This document shows, one piece after another, positions 1 to 9,677 of a DNA stretch of 64,000 nucleotides. Origin of the DNA: a bacterium. Lineage in GTDB: Bacteria > RBG-13-61-14 > DATKZS01. Every line of letters begins with the position of its first letter. The stretch's first letter is position 1. The stretch lies in the NCBI GenBank assembly GCA_963674965.2, contig CAXXFL010000002.1, forward strand, positions 384,001-448,000. Reading direction: 5' to 3'. A model generated the notes under the pieces. It saw only the letters and a program-made list of their open reading frames with translations, was not told the origin of the DNA and did not search any database. Position numbers and translations under genes: made by a program.

Positions 1-291
1 CTTCAAACGGGTATTGTCAGGGCGAGGTATCGGGAAAGTCTTAAAAATCCCTCGGCCATCGAGCCCGATGAAATCTACGAGTACACCATAGACATGTGGG
101 CCACGTCCAACCTGTTTAAAAAGGGTCATCGCGTGGCCCTGTGGGTTTCGTCCTCCGACTTCCCACAGTTCGACCGCAACACTAACGCGGCGGGGGAGGG
201 AGGACCCGACAACGTGGTTATCGCGCGGCAAAAGATATTCCATGACGCCGATCATCCATCGGCGCTGGTTTTGCCGGTTATTCCAAGGTAG
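1..291 (+). CDS. CocE/NonD family hydrolase, C-terminal part (5' truncated by window edge)
   Basis: Frame 1 is open from base 1: LQTGIVRARYRES..IEPDEIYEYTIDMWATSNLFKKGHRVALWVSSSDFPQFDRN..HPSALVLPVIP, a typical PepX_C/CocE C-terminus. Confidence 0.85.
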   Translation, partial: LQTGIVRARYRESLKNPSAIEPDEIYEYTIDMWATSNLFKKGHRVALWVSSSDFPQFDRNTNAAGEGGPDNVVIARQKIFHDADHPSALVLPVIPR

Positions 292-336
292 ATAAAAGCC
301 GAAAAAACAGGACGTCGGTGGGGGGAAGGTTTTTTC

Positions 337-1881
337 CTACCCGCCGGCGGTGGGAAGATGATTGTAGTTTTGCTCTTTCTTCGATCTTATTTTTATGGCC
401 CTTATGGTCCTTAAAAGCATGAACTTGAGGAATGAGGGCCTGTATCTCAGGAAATTGAAGTAACGTCTTCCCACCAGGTATGGCCTTCGAAAAATGGCCA
501 GATACGAATAAATCCATTCCCATCTGATAATCGACTCGAGTTGTTCCGCCGTCCATTCGTCGGAATCGATTACCGAAGAAAAATATAAATTGCCCTGCTC
601 GAAAAAACTTTCCTCGGTTATAAAACCCCTTCGCAGGCACTCCTGAAACAGCTCCGATCCCGGCAAAGGGTTATAGATAAAGATGGCCCACAAGTCCAAT
701 TTCAATTCCCTGGCGAAGCTGGTCGAGTCCTTGATCTGGGACATGGTCTCGCCGGGAAAGCCAATGATGAAGTAAGCGTTTCGAGATATGCCCAGGTCCC
801 TGGCCGCCTGGTTTACTTCCCGTACTTTATCCAGCTTCAGGGGCTTTTTAATCAGTTTGGACAATACCTCCTGGTTGCCGCTCTCGACCGCCATGGTTAT
901 CTGGAAACAACCGGAAGCCTTCATGAGCCTCAGCATCTCCTTGTCCAGGGTCCAGGTAGCGATGCCGTTGGGAGTGTTCCAGTGAAGTCGCCAGGGACGC
1001 CGGGCCATTTCCTCGAAGATCGTCCTGGCCCTTTTGCGGTCGATCGTCAGGTTATCGTCCTGAATTTTCAATTCCCTGATTTTAAAGCGCTCGACCAGCC
1101 AGTCCATCTCGGCCAGCACGTTTTCGGCCGATCTTACGCGGTATCGGTTTCCCCACAGGTGGGTGCTGGAGCAAAAGGTGCATTTGCAGGGGCATCCTCT
1201 CGAGGTCACGATGGGGACGTGCCGGGGATGGATGAACTCGTATCCCATGGGAAGGGCCGCCTTCTCGTACTTGTCCGGATTCAACAGGTCGTGAGCCGGA
1301 AAGGGAATCGAGTCCAGGTCTTGTATATAACCGGTTTTTGGGTTGGACCTGACCGCCTCGCCATCCCTCCATGCCAGTCCGTCGATCTCCTTGTAGGACG
1401 ATCCGGTTTTTAACGCGTTCAGTAGCTCGACGAAGGTCACCTCGGACTCGCCTTTCAAAATGAAATCGACGGGAGCGTCGTTCATGCACATCTCGGGCAG
1501 GAAGGTGGGATGGGCGCCCCCGCAAATCACGGGAAGGTCCGGGTCCAGAGATTTAACGCGCCGTGAAATCTCCCTTATGGAAGGCCACTGGTTCGAGAAG
1601 ATACAGGACAGTCCCACCAGATCGGGCTTCTCCTTTTCGACTCGGGCCATTATCTCCTCGAAGGTCAGGCCGAAACGAGATATCTGGTCGTTAACCATGG
1701 TCTCCTGGTAATGGGCCTCGGCCACGGCGTCCAGGCAGGCCACCTCGTAGCCCGCCTCCCTGACTGAGGAAGCGAGATAGGCTATTCCCATGGGGGTCGT
1801 CACCATGGGTTCCCAACTGGCCAGGGAAGTGCTGGGAGGAAAGATCAGCAGGATTTTTCGAATATTACGTTCCGTCGCCAT
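337..1881 (-). CDS. B12-binding domain radical SAM protein (class B methyltransferase-like)
   Basis: N-terminal PMGIAYLAS / GGAHPT cobalamin-binding motifs; TSRGCPCKCTFC CxxxCxxC; ESG, FIIGFPGET and PLPGS motifs. Confidence 0.9.
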   Translation of the reverse strand: MATERNIRKILLIFPPSTSLASWEPMVTTPMGIAYLASSVREAGYEVACLDAVAEAHYQETMVNDQISRFGLTFEEIMARVEKEKPDLVGLSCIFSNQWPSIREISRRVKSLDPDLPVICGGAHPTFLPEMCMNDAPVDFILKGESEVTFVELLNALKTGSSYKEIDGLAWRDGEAVRSNPKTGYIQDLDSIPFPAHDLLNPDKYEKAALPMGYEFIHPRHVPIVTSRGCPCKCTFCSSTHLWGNRYRVRSAENVLAEMDWLVERFKIRELKIQDDNLTIDRKRARTIFEEMARRPWRLHWNTPNGIATWTLDKEMLRLMKASGCFQITMAVESGNQEVLSKLIKKPLKLDKVREVNQAARDLGISRNAYFIIGFPGETMSQIKDSTSFARELKLDLWAIFIYNPLPGSELFQECLRRGFITEESFFEQGNLYFSSVIDSDEWTAEQLESIIRWEWIYSYLAIFRRPYLVGRRYFNFLRYRPSFLKFMLLRTIRAIKIRSKKEQNYNHLPTAGG

Positions 1882-1969
1882 TTAACGCTCTTGAGATAAA
1901 GGAATATCACTCTTTGGGCCGGCGATCAAATAATCGCTTCAAGGATAATGGCCCCCCGGACTTTTTCCT

Positions 1970-2689
1970 CTATCTTTTTCTTTTCGACTGGAACTCGATC
2001 AGTTCGGCCATGCTCGTCATGCCCTCGTCCTCGAGTTTTCTCAGCATCTTTACGAGGGCCCGGGCCGTCAGCCTCGCGTCGCCCAGGGCCCGGTGTCTCG
2101 AGCGGGCCCCGCATTTTTCCGGCCTGATGTGAAGGTTGGCGGCAAGGCTGTCCAGGTTGTGCGAATCGAGCTCCGGGTACACGCGGCGGGAAAGCTTCAC
2201 GGTGCAAAGCCCGGGCGCCCGTATCTTTTCGTCAAAGGCTTCTTTCCAGGCCCGGGTCAGAAAGGCCAGGTCGAACTTCAGATTGTGGGCCACCAGCACG
2301 CGTCCCCTCATCATGCAGCGCAGGGTGGGCAGGACTTCCTCGATGGCGGGAGCGGTGGGCAGCATCCAGTCCTCGATCCCGGTAAGGGCCGAAATGAAGC
2401 GGGGCAGGCTCTCGCCGGGGTTGACCAGGGTTGACAGCTCCCGCCCCAGCTTGAAGCCGTCCACCTCGACCGCGCCCACCTCGATGATCCGGGACTCGGC
2501 CGCCTTCATGCCGCTCGTCTCCAGGTCCACCACCAGGAACCTGGCCTTGGCCAGCGGAAGTTCCATGAGCTGTTCCCGGTTCATGGGGGGAGATACCTCC
2601 ATGAGCTTCTTGGCCACGTCGCCCCGGGCGTTTTTGATGCCAAGCTCCCAGAGGCAGTAAAGCTCCCCGAAGTCCTTGATCGTCTTCAT
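1970..2689 (-). CDS. DEDDh 3'-5' exonuclease (DNA pol III epsilon-like)
   Basis: VVDLETSG (ExoI), VAHNLKFD (ExoII), HRALGDA (ExoIII). Confidence 0.88.
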   Translation of the reverse strand: MKTIKDFGELYCLWELGIKNARGDVAKKLMEVSPPMNREQLMELPLAKARFLVVDLETSGMKAAESRIIEVGAVEVDGFKLGRELSTLVNPGESLPRFISALTGIEDWMLPTAPAIEEVLPTLRCMMRGRVLVAHNLKFDLAFLTRAWKEAFDEKIRAPGLCTVKLSRRVYPELDSHNLDSLAANLHIRPEKCGARSRHRALGDARLTARALVKMLRKLEDEGMTSMAELIEFQSKRKR

Positions 2690-2723
2690 GGTCCGACCCA
2701 GCGGCTTTCTCCAGTCCCTATCC

Positions 2724-3308
2724 TCAGGACTGGACGGTTTCCTTATAGAGGTCCTGGAGTTTTTCCCTTAAGAAAAGCCGGGCGCGATGGAGCCTGGACT
2801 TTACCGCCGGCGGGCTGAGGTTCATGATCTCGGCCGTTTCGTCGGTCGAGAAGTTCTCGACGTCGCGCAGGATAAGGACGGTCTTGAAGTCGGCCGGCAT
2901 TCCATCCATGGCCTTCTCGATGACCACCATGGACTCCTCGGTGGTCAGGCGATCGAACGGGCCCGGTCCGGTCTCGGTCTCGTCCAGCGGCAACTCCTCG
3001 TGGAGGTCCTCGATGGACACGATCTCGGCGTTGTCGTTTTTTCTGAGTCTCATGAGGGCCGAGTTGACGGCCACCCGGTACAGCCAGGTGGAGAAGCTCG
3101 ATTTTCCCTGGAACTGCCCCAGCTTTTGGTAGACGGTCAGGAAGACCTCCTGCAGGACCTCCTCGGCGTCCTCCTTGTCCCTGGTGAACCTCATGGCCAG
3201 GCGATGGACGCGAGTCCGATAGCGCTCCATTAGAGACTGGAAGGCCTCGTCGTCCCCGGACAGCACGCGTCCGATGAGCTCGTCGTCCAGCTCGGCCGGT
3301 TCGTTCAT
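2724..3308 (-). CDS. ECF sigma-70 factor
   Basis: GDDEAF..L..RY, DAEEVLQEVF, SSFSTWLYRVAVN, VKSRLHRAR; start MNEPAE overlaps the upstream stop (ATGA). Confidence 0.9.
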   Translation of the reverse strand: MNEPAELDDELIGRVLSGDDEAFQSLMERYRTRVHRLAMRFTRDKEDAEEVLQEVFLTVYQKLGQFQGKSSFSTWLYRVAVNSALMRLRKNDNAEIVSIEDLHEELPLDETETGPGPFDRLTTEESMVVIEKAMDGMPADFKTVLILRDVENFSTDETAEIMNLSPPAVKSRLHRARLFLREKLQDLYKETVQS

Positions 3309-4246
3309 TGGGCGAGACTCGACCTCAAGGCCGCTCGCTCGGGCCAGAGGTATCTTTCGGCCATCCATCCCTTCACGCCGGCGCGGGGGTCCTCCACGTA
3401 ATAAAAGGTCTTCTGCCGGCTGAACATCATGGAATTGAGAAAAATCACCGGAAAGCCCACGGGCACGCGGTTAACTCGAGTCTCGAGATAGCCGTTGGGC
3501 GTTATCTTCTCGTACATGATCGGGTCGCCGTATTGACGCACGAACTCCGGCGTCGCCGTCACCGTGAACTCCCGTTTTTGAGTGATGGTCTGGGCCTTGG
3601 CCTTGTTGATGTAGGCCCATAACCGGTCCACTTTCGGCTGGACCCGAGAGCAGTCCTTCATGGGAAGCTCGTCAAGGGCTTCCCAGTAAAGAAGCTCCAT
3701 CTCATGCGCCGGGCGGTACATGTACTCGAGCTCGCCCTTGATCTTCCTAAGTTCCTCCCGAGCGACCTCGATGCAGCCGGCCTGGACCTCGATGGCGTGG
3801 CTTGCCTGATCCTGCGCCTCGGCCGCGAAACGAATGGCCCCGTCCAGGTCTCCCGCCTTTCTCGCCTCCTCGGACTTGAGCATGTTCTGGCGGTAATAAT
3901 AAGTCAGGGTAGGGGGAGGATTATATCCGGCCAGCTCTTCATTGGTACGCCTCGCCCAGGCCAGGGTTATCTCGAGTTGCGCGGTCTTGGCCATCGCGAG
4001 CGCCTTTTCGTAGTCGCCCGTCTCCATCAATTGCCTGGCCCGCCCGATGTTCTCGCGATAGGGCGCGGCCTGCTGGTCCGTCAGGGCGTACTTGCCGGAA
4101 ACCTTCGCGAACAAGGCCTCAGCCTCGGATATGGCGCTTGTAAGCTCAGCCGGAGGCCCCTGGGGCTTCTTCTCCGCGCATGAGAATATTGTTAGGACCG
4201 CGATGAATATTATAAATGGCGGGGCGCTTTTCCTGATCATTTTCAT
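3305..4246 (-). CDS. Hypothetical lipoprotein with helical hairpin repeats and possible C-terminal SH3-like domain
   Basis: Hydrophobic signal and IFSC lipobox-like site; ends in YYVEDPRAGVKGWMAERYL (SH3b-like GW motif). Confidence 0.6.
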   Translation of the reverse strand: MKMIRKSAPPFIIFIAVLTIFSCAEKKPQGPPAELTSAISEAEALFAKVSGKYALTDQQAAPYRENIGRARQLMETGDYEKALAMAKTAQLEITLAWARRTNEELAGYNPPPTLTYYYRQNMLKSEEARKAGDLDGAIRFAAEAQDQASHAIEVQAGCIEVAREELRKIKGELEYMYRPAHEMELLYWEALDELPMKDCSRVQPKVDRLWAYINKAKAQTITQKREFTVTATPEFVRQYGDPIMYEKITPNGYLETRVNRVPVGFPVIFLNSMMFSRQKTFYYVEDPRAGVKGWMAERYLWPERAALRSSLAQ

Positions 4247-4296
4247 TGGCCTCCTTCCTGCGATTGAAAAAATTATACACGCGCCCCGCTCGATGG

Positions 4297-5256
4297 TCAA
4301 TGACCTTTTACATCCTGGCGGCAAAGAGCGTAATAGAGCCTTCCATCCGTCCTTTGGGTCTCGATCTTGCCCTTGGCCATGAGCTTTTCCAGGTACTTGA
4401 CCGCCTCGTTGCGGTGGACGCCAAGACCCGAGGCCACGTCCTCGAGGGTACAGGGACGGCGCGAGACGGTCTCGAGCACGTCCTCCTCCCGAGCCGCCGA
4501 CCCCTTGCCCCCTTGGCCCTTTTCATGATAATCCGCGATGACCTCAGCCGGCGGAGAAAAAGTCCTCGCGAAACCATCAAGCAAATCCCTCGGGGTTTTC
4601 CTCGCGCTTTCCTCCGCCGGGGGCCGGGTTACGGTGTTGAGTTGGACCACGGCCCCCTCTATCTTGCCCGCCAGATCGGATATCCTCCTCATCTCCGCTT
4701 CCCCGTCGTTGACGCCGCCCACCATGAAAACCTCGAGCAGAAGCTTGCCTTGATATGTCTTCCCGAACTCGATAAGTCCCTGGACCATGGACTCGAAAAC
4801 TACGCCCGGATGAGGACGGTTGATCGCTCGGAAAACCTCGTCCGATCCAGCGTCCAGGTTCGGGACAACCACGTCGGCCGCCATCAGTTCCTCTCTCACC
4901 TCGGGAAGATGAAGAAGCGAGCCGTTGGTCAATACCGTCACCGGGACGTCGGTGAAGGATTTAACGGACCTTATTATATCGCCCAGGTCCAGGCTGAGAG
5001 TCGGTTCGCCCGAGCCGGCGAAGGTTATGACGTCGGGCGGAGCGGGGCCGCCGCAGCCGGTCTTTATCTGCTCGATGACCAGGTCCTTGGGCGCCCACGA
5101 GCCGCGCTCGACGCGCTTGTCCGTGGTCCTGCCAATCTGGCAGTATACGCAGTCGTAGGTGCAGGTTTTATATGGTACCAGGTCCACTCCCAGGGAGCGT
5201 CCCAGCCGTCTGGACGGGACCGGGCCGAAAACGTATCGCTTTTGCGCCTGATTCAT
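4297..5256 (-). CDS. Radical SAM Fe-S oxidoreductase (COG0731-like)
   Basis: YVFGPVPSRRLGRSLGVDL, CTYDCVYCQ, GSGEPTL, LTNGSLL. Confidence 0.88.
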   Translation of the reverse strand: MNQAQKRYVFGPVPSRRLGRSLGVDLVPYKTCTYDCVYCQIGRTTDKRVERGSWAPKDLVIEQIKTGCGGPAPPDVITFAGSGEPTLSLDLGDIIRSVKSFTDVPVTVLTNGSLLHLPEVREELMAADVVVPNLDAGSDEVFRAINRPHPGVVFESMVQGLIEFGKTYQGKLLLEVFMVGGVNDGEAEMRRISDLAGKIEGAVVQLNTVTRPPAEESARKTPRDLLDGFARTFSPPAEVIADYHEKGQGGKGSAAREEDVLETVSRRPCTLEDVASGLGVHRNEAVKYLEKLMAKGKIETQRTDGRLYYALCRQDVKGH

Positions 5257-5321
5257 GGGGGCCTCACCTATTATCTTACAATGGATCGTCTTGGAATGCT
5301 TCCCCCCGTCTTTCGCGATAC

Positions 5322-5945
5322 CTAAATCCAGCCTAAAACGCCCGCGAACAGGGCCAGCATGATCGCGTTAAGGAGGCCAAGGCCGCCGATGAAGCGCCTT
5401 TGCGTTTTAGGGGGCCAGTCGTAACAGTAGACGGAGGCCAGGAAGAAGGGGATATAAACGGTAATGAAAACCGGGAGGGCCCCCCACCATGGATATACCC
5501 AGGCAAAGGCCGGCGTCTTGACCAGGAATATCTCGAAAACGGAAAAGAAAGCCGCGTTAACCACCGCGATCAAGACGCGGTTATTGACGCCCATGATCTT
5601 CATCTTCGGGTCTTCGGGAAGCAGCTTGGAAAAAATCAGGCCCGCCACGCTGAACATGAGACTAAGCTCCGCCCCCACCCCGATCAGGAGAAGAAAGGCC
5701 GTTCCCTCCGGCACGGTCCACAAGGCGTGACCCGTAAAATGCTGGATGAGGCCGTTTACTATCTCGACGAACCAATGGACCATGTAAAGAGCCATGCCCG
5801 CCGCTATGCCTTTCCAGTTCCTCTTTTGTATCTCGTTAAAATAAACGTAAGCCACCAGCGCCAGAAGCGTAATCAGATGCCACTGGAAAGGCTCGCCGCT
5901 CCTGAGCAGCTTCAGGGCCTGCTCGGTTACTTCAGGGTGATTCAT
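5322..5945 (-). CDS. Hypothetical integral membrane protein
   Basis: 207 aa ORF with about 6 hydrophobic segments; AGGAG RBS upstream. Confidence 0.7.
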   Translation of the reverse strand: MNHPEVTEQALKLLRSGEPFQWHLITLLALVAYVYFNEIQKRNWKGIAAGMALYMVHWFVEIVNGLIQHFTGHALWTVPEGTAFLLLIGVGAELSLMFSVAGLIFSKLLPEDPKMKIMGVNNRVLIAVVNAAFFSVFEIFLVKTPAFAWVYPWWGALPVFITVYIPFFLASVYCYDWPPKTQRRFIGGLGLLNAIMLALFAGVLGWI

Positions 5946-6215
5946 GCTCTCTCCTTGCTTTTTCGGCTTACGAGGCGATAACTACTTCGGCGCTATTGTC
6001 GGGTCCTATCCCGGCGCCTCCGTCCACGGGAAAGTTATTACAGGCTAACCCGAATGCCTGAAAAATAAAAGTAATAAAACGGCTTGGCCAAGGCCGCTCT
6101 TTGCCATATTGCGCGCGAGCGCCGCGATGAAAGGAGGGGCCGCGCTGGACGTTTCGCGAGTCCGGCCTAAGCCCGGCCGTTGAACCCTCCCGCGTTTGCC
6201 GTTATATTCGGGTTC

Positions 6216-7627
6216 ATGCAAAGATTTTTCCTTTTCTGCGCCGGCGCTATTTTTTTAGCCTGCCTGACGAGTTGCTTGGATTTTTCCAGGTGCTCCCAAC
6301 ACGGGACCGCTATCAAACCGCCGCGTATTGTGATGCTGATAGTGATCGATACTTTAAGGAGGGACCACGTGGGCGCCTACGGATATGAAAAGCCGACGAC
6401 GCCCAATATTGACAACTGGCGCGAGAGGGCGTCCTGTTTAAAAACTCCTACTCCACCTGTAGTTGGACCCAACCCGCCATGGCCAGTCTTTTCACCTCCA
6501 CCTATCCCCTCGTTCATCACGTGATGGGAGCGCCCGACGCGCCTAAAATCGAAATGTCCGTCCTGTCCCCGGACTTCGTGACCATGGCCGAGTTCCTGCA
6601 AGGCCGGGGCATGGAGACCATGGCCGTGAGTTCTCAGCCCTGGTGCAACTCATTATCCGGTTTTGACCAGGGATTTGACGGGTTCGAGACCGTAAGCAAG
6701 GTGCTCGACGAGAGGGAGGCGGAAAAGGTGGTTGACCGAGCCCTCGAGTGGCTGAACCAAAATGGGGGTCAGGGTGATTTCTTCCTCTACGTTCACATGA
6801 TGGGGCCGCATTATCCATACATTCCGCCGCCCGGCTTCAAAGGCAGGCTTGGAGGAGACCGCGCCGGGAAGGTGGAGGGCCTGCTCGGCGGCATGGAGTA
6901 TCTCGATCAGATCATGTATCTGAACGGTGACGGCAAGATTCTTTTCAAGAACGATCCCGGCCTGCTCGACGAGTTGACCGCCCTTTACGACGAGGAGGTT
7001 TTATACGCGGACGCCCAGGTGGGAAGACTGGTTTCCTGGCTGGAGGATCGCGACCTGCTTGACGAGGCCATGGTTATCGTATTATCCGACCACGGAGAGC
7101 AGTTTCTAGAACATGACGGTTTCACTCATGGCATAGCTCTTTTCCCCGAGGAAATCGAGGTCCCCCTCGTGATCCATTACCCTCCATTGGGTGAAAGGCT
7201 GGAGGTGGGGCAACTTGTTTCCCTTATCGATCTTTATCCCGCCTTATTGGACATTTTCGCGCGGGAGGTGGAATCTCCAATTCAGGGAGTAAGTCTTTTA
7301 AAGGCGATCAAGGGGGAGAAAAGGGCGCCCATCCTGACCGAGAACGCCGCGCCCGGCCTGATGAAGCTTACCGACCATACCCATTCTCTTCTGTACAGGG
7401 TCAAACCGGGCGAGGAAGAAGGAGATTACTGGCTTTACGACCTCCGGACGGACGCGCGTGAAATTAAGGACGTTAAGGATGACCAACCTGACGTGGCCCG
7501 GAAGATGGTGGACAGGCTTGGCCAACTCGAGTACGAGAACTCCCGGATCAAGGTCAGGCCCGCGACTTCCCGCGAGCTTTCCCAAGATGAAGTGAACAAG
7601 CTCAAGGCCATCGGCTACCTTCACTGA
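6216..7627 (+). pseudogene. Sulfatase-family protein split by an apparent 1-bp deletion at about 6414-6415 (pseudogene or sequencing error)
   Basis: 5' frame has [22 protein letters not shown]; a shifted frame continues [59 protein letters not shown]. Confidence 0.8.
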
Positions 7628-7637
7628 GTCCCGCGCC

Positions 7638-7656
7638 AAAGACCCCCCGGGTCTTT
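7638..7656 (+). terminator. Short hairpin, possible terminator after sulfatase
   Basis: AAAGACCC-ccc-GGGTCTTT inverted repeat. Confidence 0.4.
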
Positions 7657-7771
7657 AACGGCCGTCTTATTTTCCTCGTCTTTGAATGCGTGATAAAAAT
7701 AATAAGGTATTGTCTTCAAAGCGCGGCACGGTCTTGTTTCCAAGAAGTATACAGGATGAAAGGAGTATAAA

Positions 7772-9508
7772 ATGGGTAAGATTAAAATGACGCCTTCCGA
7801 GGCCCTGGTCGAGACCCTCGCGGCCGAGGGAGTAAAGGACGTGTTCGGAATCGTGGGATCGGCTTATATGGACGCTCTCGATCTTTTTCCCGCCGCTGGA
7901 ATCAGGTTTATCTCCGTGGCCCACGAACAGGCGGCCTGCCACGCGGCCGACGGCCTGGCGCGGGTGAGCGGAAGGCCGGCGGTTTGCGTGGCCCAGAACG
8001 GGCCGGGCGCGGCCAATTTCGTGTCGGCGCTTACGGCCGCCTTTTGGGCGCACTCGCCGGTGGTGGCCATCACGCCCGAGACGGGCTCGAAGGGCATCGG
8101 CACGGGCGGCTTTCAGGAGCTTGACCAGATGCCCATGTTCGAGAGGAGCGTCAAGTACCAGGTGCGAGTGAACCGGCCCGACCGCATGGCCGAGTTGGCC
8201 CGCCGCTGTTTTTACATGGCTAAGGCCGAGTGCGGTCCCACCCAGCTTAATATTCCTCGGGACTATTTCTACGGCGTTTGTGAGGATGAGATATACGAGA
8301 CCCCCGCGGTAAAGCGCGGTCCCGGCGCTCGCGACCAGCTCGAGGCGGCGGCCCGGCTGCTGGCCGAGGCCAAGTATCCGGTCATCCTGGCCGGCGGCGG
8401 CGTGTCCATGGGCGACGCCCTCGAGGAAACCAAGGCCCTGGCCGAGTACCTGACCGCGCCCGTGGCCAACAGCTACCTCCATAACGACTCTTTCCCACAG
8501 GCCCACGAGCTCGGGCTCGGTCCCATCGGCTACTGCGGCTCGAAGGCCGCCATGCGGACCATCGCCAAGGCCGACGTGATCCTGGCCCTCGGGTGCCGGC
8601 TCGGGCCCTTCGGCACGCTGCCCCAGTACGATATCAAGTACTGGCCGGAACGGGCCAAGGTCATCCAGGTGGACATTGACCACAAGGTCCTCGGACTCTC
8701 CCAGCGGGTCGAGCTGGGCATACTGGCCGACGCCAAGGAATTCGCACGCGAGGTCCTGCTCGCCCTCAAGGCCGTCATGCCCGAGCCGGCCAATGACTCG
8801 GCTCGCCTGGCCGACGCGCAAAAGGAAAAGGACGCCTGGAAAAACGAACTCGACGCCTGGTCCACCTCGGAGATGAAGCCCATGCACCCGAGGCGACTCC
8901 TCATGGAAATGGCCAAGGCCATACCGGAGGGGGCCATAGTGGCCACCGACATTGGAAACACCTCGTCCATGTGCAACGCCTATCTCAGCTTCACCGGGGT
9001 GAGACAACATATTTCGGCCCTGTCCTGGGGAAACTGCGGCTTCGCCTACGGCGCGGCCATGGGCGCCAAGATAGGAAGGCCCGACGCCCCGGTCTTCGCG
9101 CTGCAGGGAGACGGGGCCTACGGCATAAGCGGCGTGGCCGAGGTCATGACCGCCGTTCGGGAGAAGATACCCATAGTGGCCGTGGTTTTCCAGAACTACG
9201 AGTGGGGCGCGGAGAAGAAGAACCAGATCGACTACTACGCCGACAGGTTCGTGGGGACCAACTTGCGCGAGAACCCGAGTTACGCTCGCCTGGCCGAGGA
9301 CATGGGCGCCAAGGGCTACATGGTCGAGCACTGGGAGGACGTGGGAGACGCGATCAGGGAGTCGGTGAAAAGCGACGTTCCCAGCGTGATCGAGGCGGTC
9401 ATCCAGGGTGGCGAGGAAGTCCTGGCCGAGCCTTTCAGGCGGGACGCCCTCAACATGCCCGAGAGATACCTGGACAAGTACAAGCACCTTGTCGGAAAGA
9501 AACAATAG
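7772..9508 (+). CDS. xsc: Sulfoacetaldehyde acetyltransferase (ThDP-dependent)
   Basis: MTPSEALVETL..FGIVGSAYMDALDLFPAAGIRF; YLHNDSFP; GDGAYG ThDP motif; WGAEKKNQ and LAEPFRRDAL signatures. Confidence 0.9.
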   Translation: MGKIKMTPSEALVETLAAEGVKDVFGIVGSAYMDALDLFPAAGIRFISVAHEQAACHAADGLARVSGRPAVCVAQNGPGAANFVSALTAAFWAHSPVVAITPETGSKGIGTGGFQELDQMPMFERSVKYQVRVNRPDRMAELARRCFYMAKAECGPTQLNIPRDYFYGVCEDEIYETPAVKRGPGARDQLEAAARLLAEAKYPVILAGGGVSMGDALEETKALAEYLTAPVANSYLHNDSFPQAHELGLGPIGYCGSKAAMRTIAKADVILALGCRLGPFGTLPQYDIKYWPERAKVIQVDIDHKVLGLSQRVELGILADAKEFAREVLLALKAVMPEPANDSARLADAQKEKDAWKNELDAWSTSEMKPMHPRRLLMEMAKAIPEGAIVATDIGNTSSMCNAYLSFTGVRQHISALSWGNCGFAYGAAMGAKIGRPDAPVFALQGDGAYGISGVAEVMTAVREKIPIVAVVFQNYEWGAEKKNQIDYYADRFVGTNLRENPSYARLAEDMGAKGYMVEHWEDVGDAIRESVKSDVPSVIEAVIQGGEEVLAEPFRRDALNMPERYLDKYKHLVGKKQ

Positions 9509-9602
9509 ACGCAAATTCGGGAGCGCCTGGCCGCGGAATAAAGCCGAGAGCTAAGCCGCAAAAGGCGCTCCATTCTTTCCCGCGCTCGAAAAAAGTTCCT
9601 CC

Positions 9603-9632
9603 TTGACAACCACGCTCCGGGTGGGCCAAGAT
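9603..9632 (+). promoter_or_regulatory. Possible sigma70 promoter for AI-2E gene
   Basis: TTGACA-N18-CAAGAT. Confidence 0.35.
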
Positions 9633-9677
9633 TGAGTACCGCGCCGGGCGCGAAAAAACCGCGGGGAGAGTGAAGGT

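Noticed and set aside
4246..5325. 359-aa plus-strand ORF
   Set aside because: Antisense to the radical SAM gene
7667..9514. 615-aa minus-strand ORF
   Set aside because: Antisense shadow of xsc; no motifs, typical of GC-rich codon bias
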